A stretch of DNA of 64,000 nt from an uncultured archaeon (GCA_964534045.1 CAZHNO010000003.1:37323-101322); one strand, 5' to 3'. Positions 36,931 to 48,000 are shown, counted from the first letter of the stretch. A program made the numbers and translations. Notes: a model not told the origin generated them from the letters alone.

Positions 36931-37049
36931 ATGTCCTAGAATTTGTGCTTTTTGGAAAGATAAGAGCAAAGTATAAATTGTCCTAAATTTTGTGTTTTTT
37001 AAATAAAAATAAGTATCTTAAGAGGTAATAAAAAAATTAAAGGAGATAA

Positions 37050-37373
37050 TTATCTCCTATATTTATATCTTGTATTTGTTGTATATCTAGTTTTTCTTTC
37101 TGGTTCAGCTTCTTCTTCATCTTCAACAACTGCTGGCCCTTTATTAGAGATTATTAAAATATCTTTTGCTGATTGAACATTTCTATAAGGGATACTTTTT
37201 TCAGAAAGAATTTTTTTAGCATCAGATTTTGTTTTAACTTTTAAAGGTTCAGTAGTAATAGTTTCTAATTTTCCTTTTTCAAGGTTAATTATAATATCAT
37301 ATACTTTTCCTTTGTAGCCTGCCTGTGCATCATAAATATCCATTCCGAATAATTTCGATAACTTTACACTCAT
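37050..37373 (-). CDS. PRC-barrel domain protein (CdpB-like)
   Basis: LSKLFGMDIY...GKVYDIIINLEKG...IPY..V....DILII; GGAGGT RBS. Confidence 0.88.
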   Translation of the reverse strand: MSVKLSKLFGMDIYDAQAGYKGKVYDIIINLEKGKLETITTEPLKVKTKSDAKKILSEKSIPYRNVQSAKDILIISNKGPAVVEDEEEAEPERKTRYTTNTRYKYRR

Positions 37374-37580
37374 ATTTACTACCTCCTTTGTTATATACAA
37401 AACAACAATGGAATATTTAAAGTTATTGTTAATTCACCAAAATACCTTGCTTATACATAATCAATTTTTATTTTAAATTAAGTTAAATTAGTGAGGTGAA
37501 AAAATAACATAGTTATACATAATAATTTTTAATTTAGGGTTATAAAAAAGAAGTTAGTATTGGAACTGTGGGGCTAGGGG

Positions 37581-38444
37581 TTATAAATTGTCTAATGGGC
37601 TTTCAACTTTTTTTAATTGTTCACTTGCTACATTTGTGTAAATTTGTGTGGTGTTAAGGCTTGAGTGTCCAAGTAAACTTTGTATATATCTAATATTTGT
37701 TCCTGATTCTAATAAGTGAGTAGCATATGAGTGTCTTAATGAGTGTGGAGTAACATGTTTTGTAATACCTGCTTGTTTAGCCGCCTTTCTAACAATTCTT
37801 TGTATTGTGTCTGTAGATAATTGTTTTCCGTTTTTTTTAGAAAACACATAATCACTTTTAACTTTTTTTTTGTTTAAATATTTTTTCAAACCTTTTATCC
37901 ATTCTTTTGAAAGAATTATTAATCTGTCTTTGTTTCCCTTTCCAGAACGTATCATTGCGGTTCTTTCTTTCAAATTTATATCATCAACTTTTAATTTAAC
38001 AACTTCACTTACTCTACAACCAGAACCATACATAAATTGTAACATTAATCTATTTCTTCCAAACCTTGTGGCATGAAATAATTCACGTATTTCATCTTTG
38101 TTTAAAACTTTTGGTAATGACTTTGCTTTTTTTGGAGTTTTTATTTCATCAACAATATTTTTTTTCAAATATTCTTTAAAAAAGTATTTCATTGCGGCAT
38201 GTATTAAACCTAAAGTAGCATTTGAACATCCATTTTCTTTTTTTTGAGCTAAAAATCCTATCAAATCTCGGCTTGTTATTTCATTTGGATTTTTATCAAT
38301 AAATTTTAGTAGTTCTTTAATGTACATAAGGTACATTTTGAGTGTTTTACTTGAATAACCCGCAATTATTAACTCTTGTTTGAATTCTTTAATCTCTCTT
38401 GCAAATTTTTCTTCATTTGCTTTTGCAGTATAATCATTATCCAT
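37581..38444 (-). CDS. xerA: Tyrosine recombinase XerA
   Basis: SAM-like N-domain; GCRVSE, GKGNKDR, TPHSLRHSYATHLLE, LLGHSSLNTTQIYT. Confidence 0.9.
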   Translation of the reverse strand: MDNDYTAKANEEKFAREIKEFKQELIIAGYSSKTLKMYLMYIKELLKFIDKNPNEITSRDLIGFLAQKKENGCSNATLGLIHAAMKYFFKEYLKKNIVDEIKTPKKAKSLPKVLNKDEIRELFHATRFGRNRLMLQFMYGSGCRVSEVVKLKVDDINLKERTAMIRSGKGNKDRLIILSKEWIKGLKKYLNKKKVKSDYVFSKKNGKQLSTDTIQRIVRKAAKQAGITKHVTPHSLRHSYATHLLESGTNIRYIQSLLGHSSLNTTQIYTNVASEQLKKVESPLDNL

Positions 38445-38534
38445 TATAGTAGTAAGTGTTTGTAATATTAAAATTTATTTGAATTTTCAAAAAGTATAAG
38501 ATAGCTTTTTAAACGGAATAATCACTATTTTTTT

Positions 38535-38792
38535 ATGCCTACAAGAAAATTAAGAAAGCCTCCGGAGGGTGCAAGATTGCCAGACTCAGCAGATATGAAA
38601 GCTTGGCGAGAAGAATTTGACGAGATGAAAACCGATGATCATTTAGCAAAATTGAAAGCACTTGGTTTAGATGAGGAAGATTTAGAAGAATTCAAAGAAA
38701 TGGAAGAAAAAGGAGTTCCATTAGAGCAAGAGATATTGCAAGAAGACCCAGCGGTTGGGGAAAAGAATGAAAAAAAATCAAAGAAAAAGTAG
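38535..38792 (+). CDS. Small acidic hypothetical protein
   Basis: 85-aa ORF divergent from xerA. Confidence 0.6.
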   Translation: MPTRKLRKPPEGARLPDSADMKAWREEFDEMKTDDHLAKLKALGLDEEDLEEFKEMEEKGVPLEQEILQEDPAVGEKNEKKSKKK

Positions 38793-38837
38793 TTGGTTTG
38801 AAATAATCAAATATTATTTTAGTTATTAAAATTAAAT

Positions 38838-39899
38838 TTATTTTTCTAAATGAATTGTTTGAGTAGGGAATGCAAAATCTATCTTTTCTTTTTCAAATCC
38901 TTTTTTGATTGCTAAACCAACTTCATCTTTTGCTTGAACCATATCTGCCCAGGCTCCACTTTTTGTAAAGAAGACTACTAAAATATTTAATGATGAGTCA
39001 CCAAATTCATCAAAAGCAATTGTTGGTTTTTCATCACACAATTCACAATCAGTTATTGCTTTTTCAATAATTTTTTTAGCAATATCAATTTTTTTCAAAC
39101 TTGTACTATATGTAACCCCAATTTTCCACACAGTTTTTCTTTTTGGGGCTGAAGAAATATTTGTTGTCATTGATTCTGCAATTTCACTATTTGGAACCGT
39201 CACAAGTCTTTTGTCTAAATTTCTTAATCTTGTATGCATTAAACTAATTTCTTCAACAGTCCCAACATTTCCTTTATAATCAATTGTATCTCCTAAAACA
39301 AATGGTCTGCTTACTAGAATTGTTAAACCACCAAAAGCATTTGAAATAGTTTTTTGTGCAGCAAATGCAAATGCTAAGCCCCCAATTCCTAAACCAGCAA
39401 GTAATGTAAATACATCAAAACCAAAATTGTCTAATCCAATAATTATTGCAATTATTATTGCTGTTGCTTTTAATAATTTTCCAAGTAAATGAACTATTTG
39501 GTCGTCATATTTTGATTTTGTTTTTCCTGTTAGGGGTGCAAGTAATAATTTTAACACTAAATCAATAACTCTTATTGTTATCCAAGTTCCAGCTAGAATT
39601 CCCATTAATTTCAAAACGTTAATAAAATAAAAATCAACTATTGAATCAAAAACTAAAAATTGATAACCTAAATAAGCGCCAATTATAATCATTACAAATG
39701 CAAGTGGTTCTTCTAGCAAATCTAATAATTTGTCATCTAAGTCCCCCTTTATTTTTGAAGTGATTCTTCTTCCAAAACCTTTAGTAAAATAGATAATTGT
39801 TTTTGCCACTAATGCAAATATAATTATTGTTGCGAAGAAATAAATCCAACTTAATAATGGATTTCCAAAATAAATGTTTGCTAAAAATTCAAAAGCCAT
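38838..39899 (-). CDS. mscS: Small-conductance mechanosensitive channel
   Basis: AGLGIGGLAFAFAAQKT.SN..GG, RPFVLGD.I, GTVEEI, VPNS, FAFPTQTI. Confidence 0.93.
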   Translation of the reverse strand: MAFEFLANIYFGNPLLSWIYFFATIIIFALVAKTIIYFTKGFGRRITSKIKGDLDDKLLDLLEEPLAFVMIIIGAYLGYQFLVFDSIVDFYFINVLKLMGILAGTWITIRVIDLVLKLLLAPLTGKTKSKYDDQIVHLLGKLLKATAIIIAIIIGLDNFGFDVFTLLAGLGIGGLAFAFAAQKTISNAFGGLTILVSRPFVLGDTIDYKGNVGTVEEISLMHTRLRNLDKRLVTVPNSEIAESMTTNISSAPKRKTVWKIGVTYSTSLKKIDIAKKIIEKAITDCELCDEKPTIAFDEFGDSSLNILVVFFTKSGAWADMVQAKDEVGLAIKKGFEKEKIDFAFPTQTIHLEK

Positions 39900-39950
39900 A
39901 TGCTCATTAAAGTAAAAATGTTTTTAAAGGTATTAAACATACTAAATGTG

Positions 39951-40175
39951 ATGAATGAATTTTTCAAAGATTGGAAGAAAAATTATGTTTTAATATTTTC
40001 AATTGGTTTGATAGTGTTGATTATTGCTTGGCCAATTTACTTTTTTAGCTTGTCAAATTTGGGTTTGATTTTGTCAGATTTAGAACAATTAATCTTTTTT
40101 TCAATTGTTGAAATTGGTTTGATTATTTTACTTGTTGTATTTTGGAAAATATACTCAAAATTAGTAAAAAGCTAA
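39951..40175 (+). CDS. Small two-TM membrane protein
   Basis: MNEFFKDW... two hydrophobic segments; start chosen at ATG 39951. Confidence 0.5.
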   Translation: MNEFFKDWKKNYVLIFSIGLIVLIIAWPIYFFSLSNLGLILSDLEQLIFFSIVEIGLIILLVVFWKIYSKLVKS

Positions 40176-40314
40176 GTAATTCTTATGTATATTTAATGTT
40201 TTCTTGCACTTTAAGTAAGTTTTAAGTGTAAAGCAAGGTTTATATATAACCTCCAAAGCAATACTTATGGAACTGTTTTTTTAGTTTCAAATTAAGGAAT
40301 AATGAGGTGAGCTT

Positions 40315-40488
40315 ATGAGCAATGTGCTTTTGAATCTAGAAGTAGATGAGGATTTAAGGACTAAACTTTTGGCAGAAGAATTGAAATTAAGGGGTAAACA
40401 GCCAGAAGCATGGACTAAAACAAAATTCAGAAAATATGCTAATTTTGGTAGAAACAGAGTAAAAGAAGAAACTGCAACTAAACAATAA
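40315..40488 (+). CDS. Small hypothetical protein (57 aa)
   Basis: GAGGTGA RBS then MSNVLLNLEVDEDLRTKLLAEELKLRGKQPEAWTKTKFRKYANFGRNRVKEETATKQ; missed by ORF track. Confidence 0.55.
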   Translation: MSNVLLNLEVDEDLRTKLLAEELKLRGKQPEAWTKTKFRKYANFGRNRVKEETATKQ

Positions 40489-40539
40489 ATTTTTTTAAAT
40501 TGATGATTGAAAAAGAGGCTTTTATGCCTCTGTCAATAA

Positions 40540-40830
40540 TCAATCCAATATTTCAAGTTTTCCCATTTTACCAGTACTTACTTGTAGTTGTCCCTGATAT
40601 TCAGAAGTCCAGCCGTTGGTTATTTTTATTTTTGCTCCTTCTTCAACATCTTTACATTGTTCATTCCACAATGTTACAGAAACTTCTTTTCCATCAGAGT
40701 CTTTTGCAGCACAGCTACAAACCTTTCCTGAACCATTTGCATTTGCAAATTCTCTCATTTCTCCCTTGGAAATAATTTCCAGTTCAATTTCTTCTACGCC
40801 CATTCTTGGTTTCAAATCTTTTATAAGCAT
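40540..40830 (-). CDS. ssb: Single-OB single-stranded DNA-binding protein
   Basis: IKDLKP, VSVTLWN, IKITNGW..EYQG.LQ...GK.G.LE. Confidence 0.88.
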   Translation of the reverse strand: MLIKDLKPRMGVEEIELEIISKGEMREFANANGSGKVCSCAAKDSDGKEVSVTLWNEQCKDVEEGAKIKITNGWTSEYQGQLQVSTGKMGKLEILD

Positions 40831-40878
40831 GTTATCTACTCCTTTTTTTGATTAATTTTAGATTGAAAACAATTATAA

Positions 40879-41835
40879 TTAGCTCTCTTTTTTAATTACA
40901 CTTTCAATGCCACGTGGAGTAAGTCCAGACTTTGTTTTCTTAGTTAAAAAAATTATTGTATTAGTTTTCTTTATGTTTGGGCATTTTCTAGATAAATTTT
41001 TGTAAAATTGGGCCAAATCATCACTATCCCTAGCCCTTATTAATAATATAATTTCATTTTCAATACTTGTAAATAAATCCTGAATTTGTTCATGGTCAAT
41101 AATTTTTTCAATGATTTTGTCTTGCATTCCTGGCAAGGGTTTTACAATAATAAATGATTTTAGTCCCCTATCAATGAAGTTATATCCTTTTGGAGTAAGT
41201 TCAATAGTTTTTTTCAAAATTGCATTGTTTTCCCACATTTTGTTCCATTTGTTAGATACTGTATTTCTGTGAATTTTGTATTTTTTAGCAATCGCGGATA
41301 ATTTCATTGAAGGATTTTGATCCTTTTCAGAGACAATCCAAAGTTCATCTTCATTTAAACGATATTTTTGGTCAGAATAATGTTTCACAAATTGAGTTTT
41401 GAATTCTCTATTAGCAAAGTGTACCTCAGTATCAATTATTTCTGGAAAAAATTTTTCAATAGTCAAAATTATTGAATTCAAGTTTTGTATACTGTTGCCA
41501 ATTAGTTTAATTGCGTAATCATAATTTCCAGTAATTTCAGCAATTGTATGAACATTTATTATTTTCATTAACTTTGTCATGAATAATTCTTCATCAAATT
41601 TTTCCCAATTCACTGAAATAAACAACCATGCAAATTTTCCAAGATTTAGTGTATTTAAGTCTATAATGTAACGCTCTTTTACAAAATATTTTTCTGTTTT
41701 TAGCTTTTCTAAGACATAGTCAACAGTACTTTTGCTTAATTTTAATCTTTTGTCAATACTCTGCCCATTAGAATAAATTCCATTTATGTATGCAGTTTTC
41801 AAAATCTTTTTCCAAACATCCTTTGTTTCAACCAT
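40879..41835 (-). CDS. Tandem-duplicated Lrp/AsnC family transcriptional regulator
   Basis: Two HTH+RAM units (KRLKLSKSTV...; LSAIAKKYKIHRNTVSNK...), EITGNYDYAIK. Confidence 0.8.
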   Translation of the reverse strand: MVETKDVWKKILKTAYINGIYSNGQSIDKRLKLSKSTVDYVLEKLKTEKYFVKERYIIDLNTLNLGKFAWLFISVNWEKFDEELFMTKLMKIINVHTIAEITGNYDYAIKLIGNSIQNLNSIILTIEKFFPEIIDTEVHFANREFKTQFVKHYSDQKYRLNEDELWIVSEKDQNPSMKLSAIAKKYKIHRNTVSNKWNKMWENNAILKKTIELTPKGYNFIDRGLKSFIIVKPLPGMQDKIIEKIIDHEQIQDLFTSIENEIILLIRARDSDDLAQFYKNLSRKCPNIKKTNTIIFLTKKTKSGLTPRGIESVIKKES

Positions 41836-42008
41836 TTAAACATATTCTGTTTTTGTCATATAAATAACCCACACATAAAATTAATTATTAAAAGTGAATA
41901 GTTAGACATTAGTTAGAATGTTTTTCTAATTTGCACAATTTTTTTAGTAAATTTTGTGATTTTTAAAGTGATTATTAATTAATTTCAGCTGAACAATATT
42001 ATCAGTGA

Positions 42009-42266
42009 TTGATGTGGGAGATGATGTGGTTGGAGGAGACTGTTCTGATAAAGGGCATTGCGCTATTTTCAGCACTCATTGCTATTCAGCAATGGATTTT
42101 TCAATTAGTAAACCTTTTCGACATAATATTTATAGTGTTGATTGTCGCATTCCTAATTTCATTAGAGCATGATTACTTCAAGCATAAAAAAAAGCAAACG
42201 GGTGGGGACTTAAATAATGCCTCTCAAAGTTCTCACCTGTATTTTTCTAACCCCTTAACAGCATGA
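42009..42266 (+). CDS. Small hypothetical membrane protein
   Basis: TTG/ATG start, two hydrophobic segments, basic tail. Confidence 0.4.
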   Translation: MMWEMMWLEETVLIKGIALFSALIAIQQWIFQLVNLFDIIFIVLIVAFLISLEHDYFKHKKKQTGGDLNNASQSSHLYFSNPLTA

Positions 42267-42294
42267 TTTTATTTGTTTCCATTTCATATCTTTT

Positions 42295-42912
42295 ATGGGT
42301 TTCTTGTTTCTTGATATTGAATCATTTGTTGATCCGAAGAATGAACGCTCTGGGCTGAATCCTCATTTTGAAAAGAGTGAAGTTTTAGTTATTGCGTATA
42401 ATTATTATGCGTTTGCGAAGGCCCCGTCTTTAGCCCAAGTAAAAGAGCCAACTTTTTTGTTTGAATGGGTTGAAGGCTCAGAAAAGAAGTTGTTAAAAAA
42501 ATTCTATGAGGTTTTAAAGGAAATTTACAAAGAAGACAAATTTTTGAAAATTGTTGGATTTAATCACATTGCTTATGATTTACCATATATGTTCTCACGA
42601 ATGATAGAAAATAAAGTTGCCGAAAAACAAGAGCTTTTTGATATGCTTTTTACTAATGCGAGACACATTGACCTGTCCCAATTAGGGATGGCTGTTTCTG
42701 AAAAAACAAAGAAAGATGAAGATTTTAGATGTATTTCTCAAAAAGTAATTAATGCGTATTTTGATATTCCAGTAAAAGTTGCTTCAGGGAAGGATGTTTC
42801 TGAATTCTATTTAAAGAAAAGGTATGATTTGATTGAAAAATATTGCAAAGAAGAATTTACCTTTGAAATGCTTTACCAATCCCTCTTAGAGTATTTTATT
42901 TATGTAAAATAA
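42295..42912 (+). CDS. DnaQ-like 3'-5' exonuclease domain protein (PolB exonuclease-like)
   Basis: FLDIES (Exo I), VGFNH..YDLPY (Exo II), HIDL, YCKEE (Exo III variant). Confidence 0.75.
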   Translation: MGFLFLDIESFVDPKNERSGLNPHFEKSEVLVIAYNYYAFAKAPSLAQVKEPTFLFEWVEGSEKKLLKKFYEVLKEIYKEDKFLKIVGFNHIAYDLPYMFSRMIENKVAEKQELFDMLFTNARHIDLSQLGMAVSEKTKKDEDFRCISQKVINAYFDIPVKVASGKDVSEFYLKKRYDLIEKYCKEEFTFEMLYQSLLEYFIYVK

Positions 42913-43110
42913 GAACAAAAAAATTGAATTTTATTTTTTTATTAAGAAATTTATTTTTTATTTTTTTTGATTAAAAAACTTTGTCCTAGAATTTAAGTTT
43001 TTTTAAATTCGTTTTTTGTATAAGTATACATAAGAAAATGGCTTCTTCACTAATTCACTTTTCAAATTAATCAAAATTTTTGGATAAGGTTTTTATATGA
43101 GAAAATTTAT

Positions 43111-43272
43111 ATGTTGTTCAACATGGACCCAACACAGAAAATTTCTGGTGAAAAAATGGAATCACAAAGAGAAGATTTCTTGTGCAAGTTGCTTGATATT
43201 GGTGGTAAATGTTTGGAGAATGATTCTCCTGCCTTCCAAAAAAAATTCTTCTGCCTAGATTTGAATGAATGA
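43111..43272 (+). CDS. Possible small protein (53 aa)
   Basis: ORF MLFNMDPTQKISGEKMESQREDFLCKLLDIGGKCLENDSPAFQKKFFCLDLNE following a TTTTTATA box; weak support. Confidence 0.3.
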   Translation: MLFNMDPTQKISGEKMESQREDFLCKLLDIGGKCLENDSPAFQKKFFCLDLNE

Positions 43273-43318
43273 TTACCCCATTAATCTATTTTTTAACGTT
43301 TTGTTTAGCCATTAGTAT

Positions 43319-43792
43319 ATGCGACTACTTATTACTGGAACACCAGGCACAGGAAAAACAACTTTGGCAAAAGGTTTAGCTAAAAAGTTGAAAATGGTTG
43401 TAATTAATGAAAAAGACTTTGCTTTGAAGCATTCAATTGGCGCATTTAATGATGAAAATGAATTAGAAATTCCAATTAAAGAGTTTGAAAAGCAAGCAAA
43501 CAAATTTTTGTCAAAAAAAGATAATGTTATTTTTGAAGGACACACAATTTGTGAAATGAAGCTTAAAGTAGATAAGGTTTTGCTTATTAGGATTGAGCCA
43601 GAAGTGTTAGAAGCTAGGTTAGAAGCTAGAAATTATTCAATGGAAAAAATAATGGATAACACTTTTTGTGAAGGTATTGATTATTGCAGAAAACATTTAC
43701 TTCGTACTTATCCAGCTTCAAAAATAATTGAAATACACTCAAAAAATAGGTTAGAGGATACTTTGGATGAAGCACTTTTAAAAATCAAATAA
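43319..43792 (+). CDS. Adenylate kinase 6 (Fap7/AK6 family)
   Basis: LITGTPGTGKTT, IFEGH, L..RLEARNYS..KI.DN. Confidence 0.9.
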   Translation: MRLLITGTPGTGKTTLAKGLAKKLKMVVINEKDFALKHSIGAFNDENELEIPIKEFEKQANKFLSKKDNVIFEGHTICEMKLKVDKVLLIRIEPEVLEARLEARNYSMEKIMDNTFCEGIDYCRKHLLRTYPASKIIEIHSKNRLEDTLDEALLKIK

Positions 43793-43828
43793 ATCCATTT
43801 TAAAAACTATTTTTAGAATAATTTAGTA

Positions 43829-45004
43829 ATGATTATGAGAAAATTTGTGAGTTTGCTGTTGGTTTTACTTTTTTTAACCGCAGGAGCGTATGCTTTTGAG
43901 AAAGAGTTGACTAATTTTGGCTTTGAAGCAGTTTCTTTAACAAGCCCTAACGAAACACACTGTCAAACAATACAAATTTCAATACCAAGTGAAGAATTGA
44001 TTAACAATTATGAGCCAATATTATCAATTTATGCAAATTTTGTTGGTGAAAAGAGCGATAACTCTTATGTGAGTGTAAAAATCAATGACATGGATACAAA
44101 AATATTATGGCCCGAAAGCTTTGTTTGTAATTCAGATTGTGTTGCCCGAGTGTTTGTTCCTGAATTAAGGAATAATAATTCGGTTTCAGGAAAGATTTGT
44201 GTTGTTTCTGGTGGAAAAAGCACAGCATCCCTTTCTACAAAATCAAAAATTGGTTTGTATACATCCCCAATTTTAGAAATAGAAAATATATCTCCTGAAA
44301 AAATGGTTTTGGGTGAAAGAGCAAAAATGATTATTAGAGTAAAAAATATTGGTTCAATTTCTTCAGATGTTTTTGTTCAATTTATTGCTCAAGATTTAAG
44401 AGCTTTTATCGAAATCACAAGTTTTGACATAGTTGAAGGAGATGCAAGTGCTAGCACAACAATAAAAAAAGGGGAAACAAAGGAATTTGTTTACTATATT
44501 AAACCAACAAAGGTTAGCTCATATAACTTACCATCAGCAGTTTTATTTTTTGAAAATATTTTTGGCGAAAGACAAAAAATATTGAGTTCTCACCCCCAAT
44601 TAGAAGTTTATAAACCCGAGCAAATAAGTTTGGTTTTGATTTCATCAAAAAAAGAAAATATTGAAAAAAATAAATTCACATTTGAGGTAGCAATTAAAAA
44701 TAATTATGACGAAGAATTTGCTGGAAAATTACTTGTTTACCCAACAGACATTGTAAATAATCCTGAATTAGAAATAAAAATTCCAGCATTTGCTGAGAAA
44801 AAAGTTTTTTTCTCAACTGAAGAGTTAATGCCTGGGAATTATTCAGTAATTGTCCAAGTTGATAACAATGGTATTCTTTACACATCTGAAAGTATTTCTT
44901 TTTCAGTAGTTGATAATGACTTTGTTTTTGAAATAGTGTTTTCAATTTTAGCAATACTAATTGCATGTATAATATTTTTGGTAATATATTTTGAAAAGTA
45001 TTAA
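43829..45004 (+). CDS. Secreted, C-terminally anchored protein with Ig-like (BatD/CARDB-like) domains
   Basis: Signal peptide, LG.RAKMIIRVKNIG, YNLPSA.L.F, C-terminal TM. Confidence 0.7.
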   Translation: MIMRKFVSLLLVLLFLTAGAYAFEKELTNFGFEAVSLTSPNETHCQTIQISIPSEELINNYEPILSIYANFVGEKSDNSYVSVKINDMDTKILWPESFVCNSDCVARVFVPELRNNNSVSGKICVVSGGKSTASLSTKSKIGLYTSPILEIENISPEKMVLGERAKMIIRVKNIGSISSDVFVQFIAQDLRAFIEITSFDIVEGDASASTTIKKGETKEFVYYIKPTKVSSYNLPSAVLFFENIFGERQKILSSHPQLEVYKPEQISLVLISSKKENIEKNKFTFEVAIKNNYDEEFAGKLLVYPTDIVNNPELEIKIPAFAEKKVFFSTEELMPGNYSVIVQVDNNGILYTSESISFSVVDNDFVFEIVFSILAILIACIIFLVIYFEKY

Positions 45005-48000
45005 TCTTCCCATTGTTTAATGAATTCTTGCTTTTCTTTTTGGTTTTCTTTCCTTTTTTTAGAGAATTTTATTTTTATTATTCCAAACACTATTACAATT
45101 ATTCCTATTGGAATAAAGCTAATCCAAGAAATCGAATTTTCAGTTTTTAAAATTAATAATGCGCCAATATAATGATTTGAATCAATAGAACTTTTAGCCT
45201 TGCCCAAAATTTCGCTGCTTAATCCAGCATCAATTGCAAAATTATATTTTCTTATTACTTGTTTTTTTATATCATTGTGTGCTAAATCAAGTTCAAAATA
45301 AATTTCTTTTATTTTTGTTAAGTTTTCCACAGTTTTATTATTTTCAATTTTTTCTAGATTTACTTTGATTTGTTCCAGTCTTTTTATAGTTATTGGTAAA
45401 ATAAAACCAATCTCTAATAACTTTTTAGTATCAATATTTAGTTCATTTTCTAATAGCTTTATTTTTGATTTGCATTCCTCTAACCAATAATTAATTTCAT
45501 CTTCAACGTTTTTGTTAATTTCGCTTTCTAAATTATTCAATCTTTCTTCTTCTTCAAAATACTGCTTCTCTAGAAATAATAATTCACTAAATAGCTTTTT
45601 TGCTTCAAAGGGATCAAAGCTAATTGTTTTTTCAATTAAATTTTGTTTTTCAACCAATTCCCCAAATAAAATTAGCAATTCTTGATTTTCGCTTTTTTTA
45701 TTATTTATAACTTCTCTTGATTTTTTTAAAATTTCATCATCAATACTAAAATTCATTTTTTCACTTTCCGCGAATGCTTTATCTAAGTTATTTTTGTCAA
45801 TGAGTGTTTGAATGTTTTCTAATTTGGTTTTGATTTCTTCATTAAGTTCATTTAATTCGAGTTTTTCTGACTCAGATAAGTATTTTTCTAATTGTATAAT
45901 TTTTTCATCTAATGTTTTTTTTAAAAGCTCAATTCGCAATTCTTCATTTATTTTTAAGTTGTGTTCTAAAATCTTTTTCTCGGCTTCTTTTAACACAGTT
46001 TCTATTTCCTTGATATTAGTTTCAGTTAGTTCAATCCCAATTAATGCATTTATTTTTTCAATTAGCTTTATTTCATTAAATTTTTCTAGTTCTTCCTTTT
46101 TTTGATTTAATGTTAATTGGTAATAACCATATATGTTACTAATTTCAATTATTAATTCATATTTTTTTATTTCATGTTCAGTCAATTCTTGATTTTTTAG
46201 TATTAATTCATTCCCAATTATTTGTTTTTGTTTATTGGTTTTTATTTCATCAAAAACATTTATTTTTTTAATTAGTTCTTGTGAGCCAATATCAATTATT
46301 AAAGTTGTATTTACCTTTTCATTAAAATTGTTTTTAACAATTAATTCATATTTAAGTTCAGTATTTTCTAATGAAGTGTTTTTTGTTGAAATTATTTTTT
46401 TTTCAATGGTTATTTTGTTTTTTAAGTAATAATTAACTTTTATTAAGGATTTATTGTTTACATTTTCAACTTTAAAGCTTATTTCTTGCTCTTCTTCTGA
46501 ATAACTTGTTTCATTTCCATTAACTGTGATTATACATGCAATAAGATTTTGCGGCTTTTCAATTTTTATTATTCCATTATTTATGGTTTCTTCATTTGAA
46601 AGAAATATTTTTTTTTGTAATAAACTATCTTTATTTGTTGCATAAATTATTTCATTTTTTTCAGAAACATCTATTTTTTTTCTTATTTTAAAATCAATAT
46701 TTGTTGTTCCAACATTTAATGGTGAGATAACAATTTTTCCATTTTTTCCAAATAGTATTTCCTTCAAATTGTTATTTGTTGATATAATTTCTGCATTTTC
46801 TAAGTCAGTATCAATTAAAAATTCATCAACTATTTCAAATGGATTTTTGACAATTAGTCTTAATAAATAGTTATTTTCTTTTCCAATAATAATTGTTTCT
46901 TGATTTATTAGTTCTTTTGTTATCATTAAAGTTATTGTTTTTTTTAATTTATTTTTGTAAAAATCAACTGTTTCAATTTCATATTCTTTAATAATTTCAA
47001 GAAAGTCATTTTTTATTGGTAGAATAGTTTCAATATGTAACTTGGTAGAGTAATATTTTTGCCAATCCATAATCTTTTTTGAAATATCATCATTTTTCTT
47101 GATTATTTCTTTATTAGAGTTGTATAATGTTAGTTCAATTAACTTTTCTTTGACTTTTAAAATGCTTTCAAAATATTTTTCTATTTCTTTTATGGTTGGC
47201 TCTTCAAGAATTTGTTTTTCTAATTGGCTTCTTATTTTTTCACAAGCATCTTCAAAGTAAAATATATTATCTTTAGTAACTGGCTCTTTTTTTAATCTTT
47301 CAAAAAAGTATTTTAGCTCCTCGGAGTTATAATACAAAAATATTTTTTCTACTGCTTCAAAGCAATTTTTAGTTAGTGTTATTTTTTGGGCTTTGAGTTT
47401 TTCAATATCACTTAAGCCAAGCCGGTAATCAACCTCTTTTTCCAGCATTTGATTGCAGTATTCTAATGTATAATTTTTTTCAAGGGTTTTTTTAGATAAA
47501 AACATTAGTTCGTCATAAATTTTTTTTATTTCTTCATTTTTGTTTTTTTCATTTTCTATTTCTCTAGCTTTTGCAGTGCATTTTTCTTTCATTATATTTA
47601 TTTCTAAATTTTCTTTTTGAATCAGCATTTTTTTTAACTCGGTAAAGCCATTTTCAATTTGCTTTAGCTTAAATAATTCTTCACCGAGTGGAGTTTTGTT
47701 TATTTTTGTACTGTGCTTTTTTTCCACAAGTGCATTGAGCATTTTTTCAGTTTCGTTGCTTTTTATTATTTCTCCGCTCATTAGCTTTTCTTCTATCAGA
47801 GGATATTTTTTTCCATTTTTTATATTAATGCTTAATTCAACACACTCTTTTTCTAGTTGTTCTACTCGTTTCCAATATTGTTGTATTTCGTTTTCAATGA
47901 TTATTTGATTTTTGCTTATTTTGTTTATTAATTCTGCATATTTTTTTAAAACTGAATTTTCTATTCCACTTATTTCAGAGTAAAGTCTCATGAATTTTTC

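Larger units (their letters stand above)
36144..36994. repeat. 16-bp motif TGTCCTARAHHYTGTG in three copies, inverted across the 197-aa gene
   Basis: 36144-36159 minus TGTCCTAGAAACTGTG; 36932-36947 plus TGTCCTAGAATTTGTG; 36979-36994 plus TGTCCTAAATTTTGTG; each followed by YTTTT. Confidence 0.75.

Noticed and set aside
37501-37530. dif site for XerA (AAATAACATAG-TTATAC-ATAAT...)
   Set aside because: Only one arm resembles a dif half-site (8/11); the other does not match and there is no proper 11-6-11 dyad
35252-38444. Integrated element at tRNA-Met with XerA as integrase
   Set aside because: No duplicated tRNA-Met 3' end found; the recombinase looks like chromosomal XerA and neighbours (PRC barrel, MscS) are core-like
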